Part shown: positions 59,993-64,000 of the stretch, one piece after another
Layout of the letters: each line of letters opens with the position of its first letter
Position numbering within the stretch: position 1 is the stretch's first letter
NCBI GenBank assembly: GCA_965250085.1
Contig: OZ252287.1
Location: 480,001 to 544,000 of the forward strand
Source of the DNA: Candidatus Altimarinota bacterium
GTDB taxonomy: Bacteria > Patescibacteriota > Gracilibacteria > CAIRYL01
Length of the DNA: 64,000 nt
Direction of reading: 5' to 3'
Made by a program: the position numbers and the translations under genes
The notes under the pieces: generated by a model
Databases searched by the model: none
What the model was told of the DNA's origin: nothing
What the model saw: the letters and a program-made list of their open reading frames with translations, nothing else

Positions 59993-60751
59993 ATGGTCTA
60001 TCGTTCATCTGAAAATCTCATAATAAAAAAGAATTCTTCAAGCGAATCTAGAGGAAAAAATGGCTCTTTTTGGAAAGATACTTTTTCTTTCTTTTTTGAG
60101 CTCTTGGTGATCTTACTCATCGTACTGGGGATCCGTACATTTATCGCAACTCCATTCCAAATAGAAGGGAGTTCCATGAACGACACACTCTTGGACCAAG
60201 AAAAAATATTTGTAAACAAAATTCCTACATATTTTGATAATATCCAAAGAGGAGACATTGTTGTGTTTATTCCCCCTTATTATCGCATGATTCCTAAAAA
60301 GGGACCTCTTTGCTTCATAAAACAGAAGTTTTCAAAAGAAACAGATCTCACTGAGCTCTGCGGTGAAGAGCCTCAACACTATGTCAAACGAGTTGTCGGC
60401 ATTGAGGGTGACATTGTTCGTATCGAAGGCGGAAAGGTATTTATCACTCCTGAAAACGAAGAAGAGTATGAGCTCAAAGAGATGTATCTCAATGACCGAA
60501 ATCAAGACAGAACGTGCTTTAGTCGCAATTGCGTTTCATCAGAAGATACAAATGGTAGAAAATTTGTGGTCCCGGAAGATAAATTTTTTGTATTAGGAGA
60601 CAATCGGCTATCAAGCTCAGATTCTCGCTCTGCAATACACTCTGGAAGTGCTTTTAACAATGGTACTGCAAATCCATTTGTACCACTAGAAAACATAACT
60701 GGAGCTGCTCAGATGATCATCTGGCCATTTGATCGTTGGGAGTGGCTATAG
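59993..60751 (+). CDS. lepB: Signal peptidase I
   Basis: GSSM, YVKRVVG and GDNR..S.DSR motifs. Confidence 0.93.
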   Translation: MVYRSSENLIIKKNSSSESRGKNGSFWKDTFSFFFELLVILLIVLGIRTFIATPFQIEGSSMNDTLLDQEKIFVNKIPTYFDNIQRGDIVVFIPPYYRMIPKKGPLCFIKQKFSKETDLTELCGEEPQHYVKRVVGIEGDIVRIEGGKVFITPENEEEYELKEMYLNDRNQDRTCFSRNCVSSEDTNGRKFVVPEDKFFVLGDNRLSSSDSRSAIHSGSAFNNGTANPFVPLENITGAAQMIIWPFDRWEWL

Positions 60752-60895
60752 AAATCGCTTATCATCCCAGTCCATAGAAGATTCCGTGTGAGAAATTCCC
60801 TCAAGAGAACCTTCCATGACATTCTGAATATTTTTTGCTGATATTCGTCTTTCCTTAAAGTTGATTATTTTCATACACGATACCCATACGGATAG

Positions 60896-60971
60896 TGGCA
60901 GGTGGGACAGGACTTGAACCTGCGACACTCGGTTTTGGAGACCGATGCTCTACCAACTGAGCTACCCACCT
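60896..60971 (-). tRNA. tRNA-Trp (CCA)
   Basis: Cloverleaf with CT-CCA-AA loop and encoded CCA. Confidence 0.95.
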
Positions 60972-61101
60972 ATACAGACGACAAGATAGCTAATACTCTC
61001 TCTTTGTCCCTCGGCACGGGCTAGAATAGGACTGCTCTTTGCATAGCTTCTTGCTTTTTGGCTTGCCATGAGTGAATCCCGACTTGTCAGGATGGATCGA
61101 A

Positions 61102-61159
61102 TGGTCGGGGAGATCTGCCCGAGGCGGACAACATCACTTTGTCCTCAACAGTGCACTCT
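61102..61159 (-). pseudogene. Degenerate 3' portion of tRNA-Pro with a palindrome replacing the T arm
   Basis: AGAGTGCAC..GTGATGT-TGTCCGCCTCGGGCAGA-TCTCCCCGACCA. Confidence 0.65.
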
Positions 61160-61179
61160 TCCTTCTCTTTTAAGGATCA

Positions 61180-61256
61180 TGGTCGGGGAGACAGGACTTG
61201 AACCTGCGACATCACGGTCCCAAACCGTGCACTCTAGCCAACTGAGTTACTCCCCG
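61180..61256 (-). tRNA. tRNA-Pro (TGG)
   Basis: CGGGGAG..CACGG-TT-TGG-GA-CCGTG..TTCAAGT..CCA. Confidence 0.95.
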
Positions 61257-61501
61257 ATAATTTGTGTTTTAAGGAACTCTCTTCCCTTTCCAGATTTGAA
61301 AAACTTCTCTCTTTTGACTGCCTCAGATCTTGAAGCACACTCCTCACAGTATACCAGCTCCCAATGTCCTTTGCCACGCGTCCATGTGCTTTTCCCCTCA
61401 TTATGATTTTTAACTCTTTGTTTCACATTCGAAGTGCTTCCTTTATACAGCATTCCCTCTGTGTTTTTGATCACATATGCATAATATTGAGTCTGTTTCA
61501 T
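61247..61501 (-). CDS. GIY-YIG nuclease family protein
   Basis: YAYVI..LYKGST..R...HN.G..WT..W.LVY.E..EA.KRE..FKSG.GR; stop lies inside the tRNA 5' end. Confidence 0.88.
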   Translation of the reverse strand: MKQTQYYAYVIKNTEGMLYKGSTSNVKQRVKNHNEGKSTWTRGKGHWELVYCEECASRSEAVKREKFFKSGKGREFLKTQIIGE

Positions 61502-61534
61502 ATAATTAATATGAAAGTGAAGAGATGAAGGCAT

Positions 61535-61580
61535 CATCCGCCTAAGGCGGATGCACTCTGGCCAACTGAGTTACTCTCCG
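61535..61580 (-). pseudogene. 5' half of tRNA-Pro ending in a CATCCGCC-TTA-GGCGGATG hairpin
   Basis: CGGAGAGTAACTCAGTTGGCCAGAGTGCA matches the tRNA 5' end at 27/29 nt. Confidence 0.75.
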
Positions 61581-61731
61581 TAGCAAAGCCAAAAAAGTCT
61601 AGTTTTTTTTGCTCTTCAGTTCAAGTGGATTTCTCTAAGAAGAAAAATAGAAAAAGTGGCTTTCTTCCATTGTATTTTTATGGAATTTTTGATATACTTA
61701 TCTGAATGTTTCGGTGCTTCATCATTATTGA

Positions 61732-64000
61732 ATGCAAAATATACAAAAACAGAAAAAAATATACACTCTCTTTGCACTTCTTCTCTTTTTAGGTGGAGTT
61801 GCTTTCTCTGGCTCTATTTTTGGTGCAGAAGTACGCAAAAAGCCCCTTCTGGTCACAATCACAAGTCCCGCTCCATCAGATAGAATTGGAGGAAGCGTTG
61901 AGAGAGATTCAGTGCTACTACCAGAAGAAACATTTCCAATAAAAGGTATTGCCGCAGCAAATAAATCAGTAAGTCTCTACGGTTGGACCATTATCCCTGG
62001 AACTGATGGGAATACAAATCCAGAAGAAGTGATTTCCAATTTTTCTGGAGAAACTACTGGAACTGATGCTATTCGCCTTTCATGGACTGTGCGCAATCGC
62101 TTCCATCAAGAATATGCTGATGGAGTGTTTTCTGAAACCGATCGTACATGCCAATCCCTCAAATCCCACTGCCTTCCGAGCGATGGTGAACTCCTAGGAG
62201 AAGAATCATTGCAATGTGAGGAGGGAAATGTTCCGGTAGATCTTGACTGCAATATACCCAAAAAATATACGGTCTATCACGATATTGTGCATCCCATAGA
62301 AGCGCAATTAGGAAAAGATAGGGGGCGTATGGATATTCTTTTTCAGAATCCCCTGTCAGAGGAAGCTCTGACAGAAACAAAAAATAACACTCAACATTTT
62401 GCTCCTGAATGTGCACAGCGGAGCGGCTGCCAGTTTGATTATTATCCCGTAGGATGGCGATACGCACATGGTCCTTTTGCACTCCCTAGTGAAAATACAA
62501 CCAGCCCCCTGCTTTCTACAGACTTGAGCGCCATGAGTTTTCATGAACTCCGAGTCGATGAAGCCAACGGATATATTCCCAGTATTGATGGAGAAGGAAA
62601 AACTTGGGAAGAAGATATTGTAATCTCTGCACAGTATGCACCTAATATTTCTGCCGATTCATATTCAGGTGCATACGTCTTTTCTTATTGGAACTATGTC
62701 AGAGCATACAATCTTCTAGAAGATTTTTCTGAATATACAGCATTTACTTTCTTTCCTATAAAAGACCAGACCATACTTGTAGATGGATTTGATCAATATG
62801 AAATTTATGCAATCCCAGAGTCCGAATACATTTCTGCAGAAGGAGTAACACGAGAAAATGGAGCCTTGGTCTCAGTGGTTCGTGACCCTTCGCTCTCCGA
62901 AGTTGTCATTAATTTTTCAGAAAATAATCTTGATCCCTCTCAGGGATATTATTTTGCTATTTTTGAAGTACGAGACAATGCTACGGTGAAACTTCCGAGC
63001 TTCATAACCTCTGAAGTAAGCACAAAGTTTGTCTCTGGATTGTCTTGCCTCGGTGACCCAGAAGATCCTGTTTCATGTCCAGCACTTATAGGACATGTGC
63101 TGTCTACAAATACTGAGATCTTAGTAAATCTTGGATCTGGAGATATTTCTTCTGTTCCTTCTCCCCCCAAGGTACAGAAAGAGGTTTTTGAACAAAGTGG
63201 TTCATACCTTTTTGATCCCATTGTGAGTGATAGAAATGGAGAGCTCAGGTGCGGTATTAACGGGTACGATCATTGCGTTCTCCCCACTTCACGTATAAAT
63301 CAATTTGCACCACAACATTTTCTTGCTGGTACATATATCAGTGATGACAGTTCTTTGAGATCTGATACCGACAAGACGTTCACCGTGCAAGCCAATAGAT
63401 CTCCTGGCATATTCTTTGACCCCTATATTGTTTCAGAAAAAGTAGCGACTGTACGAAAGAGTCAGAGCTTGTATGGAGTTGTTTTTGATTCATGGACTCA
63501 TGAAATCCTAAAAAATGTACTTGTCGAAGTCCAAGGAAATGAGAAAAGCACTGGAGAAGAGCGTACATTTTCTCAGAAAACATCTGAGGATGGACTTTTT
63601 TCCTTCAACACTTCTGATGGGAGTTATGAACTCTCTGTAAATGCACTCCAGGAAAGAGATGATCTTTTTCTCTTTCCAAGCCTCAAATACACTCTTTCGG
63701 GAGATACATGTGGATCAGAGATTCCTTTTACAGATCTTTATTGCCAGAAAAACCTGAAAGTTATGATTGAAAACAAAACAATACATCGAGATATTCCTCT
63801 CGATCCGACGGTAGAAGGTATCGTGAGCAACATATCAGATCCTGTCCGTATTGTGCTGACCAAAAATGGCATTCGCGTTGCCGTCGCTACCACTGTTCCA
63901 AATGGACGATTTAGTTTTTTCGTTCCTCCAGGAACCTATGAGGTTGTCAGCATAGAAGCTCTTGATGGAAAGGTTCTCGGTGAAGTTCAGAAATCTATTA
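61732..64000 (+). CDS. Large secreted Ig-like/carboxypeptidase-regulatory-like domain protein (partial, runs off the window)
   Basis: MQNIQKQKKIYTLFALLLFLGG signal; frame appears open to the window end; YGVVFDS and RDIPLDP motifs. Confidence 0.75.
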   Translation, partial: MQNIQKQKKIYTLFALLLFLGGVAFSGSIFGAEVRKKPLLVTITSPAPSDRIGGSVERDSVLLPEETFPIKGIAAANKSVSLYGWTIIPGTDGNTNPEEVISNFSGETTGTDAIRLSWTVRNRFHQEYADGVFSETDRTCQSLKSHCLPSDGELLGEESLQCEEGNVPVDLDCNIPKKYTVYHDIVHPIEAQLGKDRGRMDILFQNPLSEEALTETKNNTQHFAPECAQRSGCQFDYYPVGWRYAHGPFALPSENTTSPLLSTDLSAMSFHELRVDEANGYIPSIDGEGKTWEEDIVISAQYAPNISADSYSGAYVFSYWNYVRAYNLLEDFSEYTAFTFFPIKDQTILVDGFDQYEIYAIPESEYISAEGVTRENGALVSVVRDPSLSEVVINFSENNLDPSQGYYFAIFEVRDNATVKLPSFITSEVSTKFVSGLSCLGDPEDPVSCPALIGHVLSTNTEILVNLGSGDISSVPSPPKVQKEVFEQSGSYLFDPIVSDRNGELRCGINGYDHCVLPTSRINQFAPQHFLAGTYISDDSSLRSDTDKTFTVQANRSPGIFFDPYIVSEKVATVRKSQSLYGVVFDSWTHEILKNVLVEVQGNEKSTGEERTFSQKTSEDGLFSFNTSDGSYELSVNALQERDDLFLFPSLKYTLSGDTCGSEIPFTDLYCQKNLKVMIENKTIHRDIPLDPTVEGIVSNISDPVRIVLTKNGIRVAVATTVPNGRFSFFVPPGTYEVVSIEALDGKVLGEVQKSI

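Noticed and set aside
60746-60928. Small ORF beside tRNA-Trp as secE
   Set aside because: No TM helix or SecE motif, and the listed start lies within the tRNA

Overview
AT-rich bacterial chromosome segment. The VirB2-like pilins, VirB6-like membrane protein, mostly SD-less T-rich gene starts and large Cys-rich secreted proteins point to a CPR/Patescibacteria organism; TGA is used as a stop, so it is Peregrinibacteria-like (inference). It carries housekeeping genes (infB end, pcrA/uvrD, rpsB, tsf, purD, ligA, holA, gltX, rpmA, tilS, mutL, uvrB, lepB), biosynthetic genes (argGH, aroF, aroB, a frameshifted chorismate mutase), four tRNAs (fMet, Thr, Trp, Pro) and one complete IS1016-like IS1595 element. 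Six things stand out. (1) Two tandem 21-codon Arg-containing leader-peptide attenuators precede argGH, and a Phe/Tyr leader attenuator precedes aroF. (2) Inverted 7-nt-period repeat arms at gene junctions enclose a full four-helix-bundle gene, an internally deleted 43-aa mini-copy, or nothing. (3) Partial tRNA duplicates carry a TCCGCC-N3-GGCGGA palindrome, and one set brackets a GIY-YIG nuclease. (4) A 37-aa tandem-repeat protein varies only at four non-synonymous sites. (5) An S-layer protein has two Kunitz/BPTI domains and a CuA-type cupredoxin. (6) One protein fuses an amidase to a SpoIID domain. All calls are by eye; no database searches were run.
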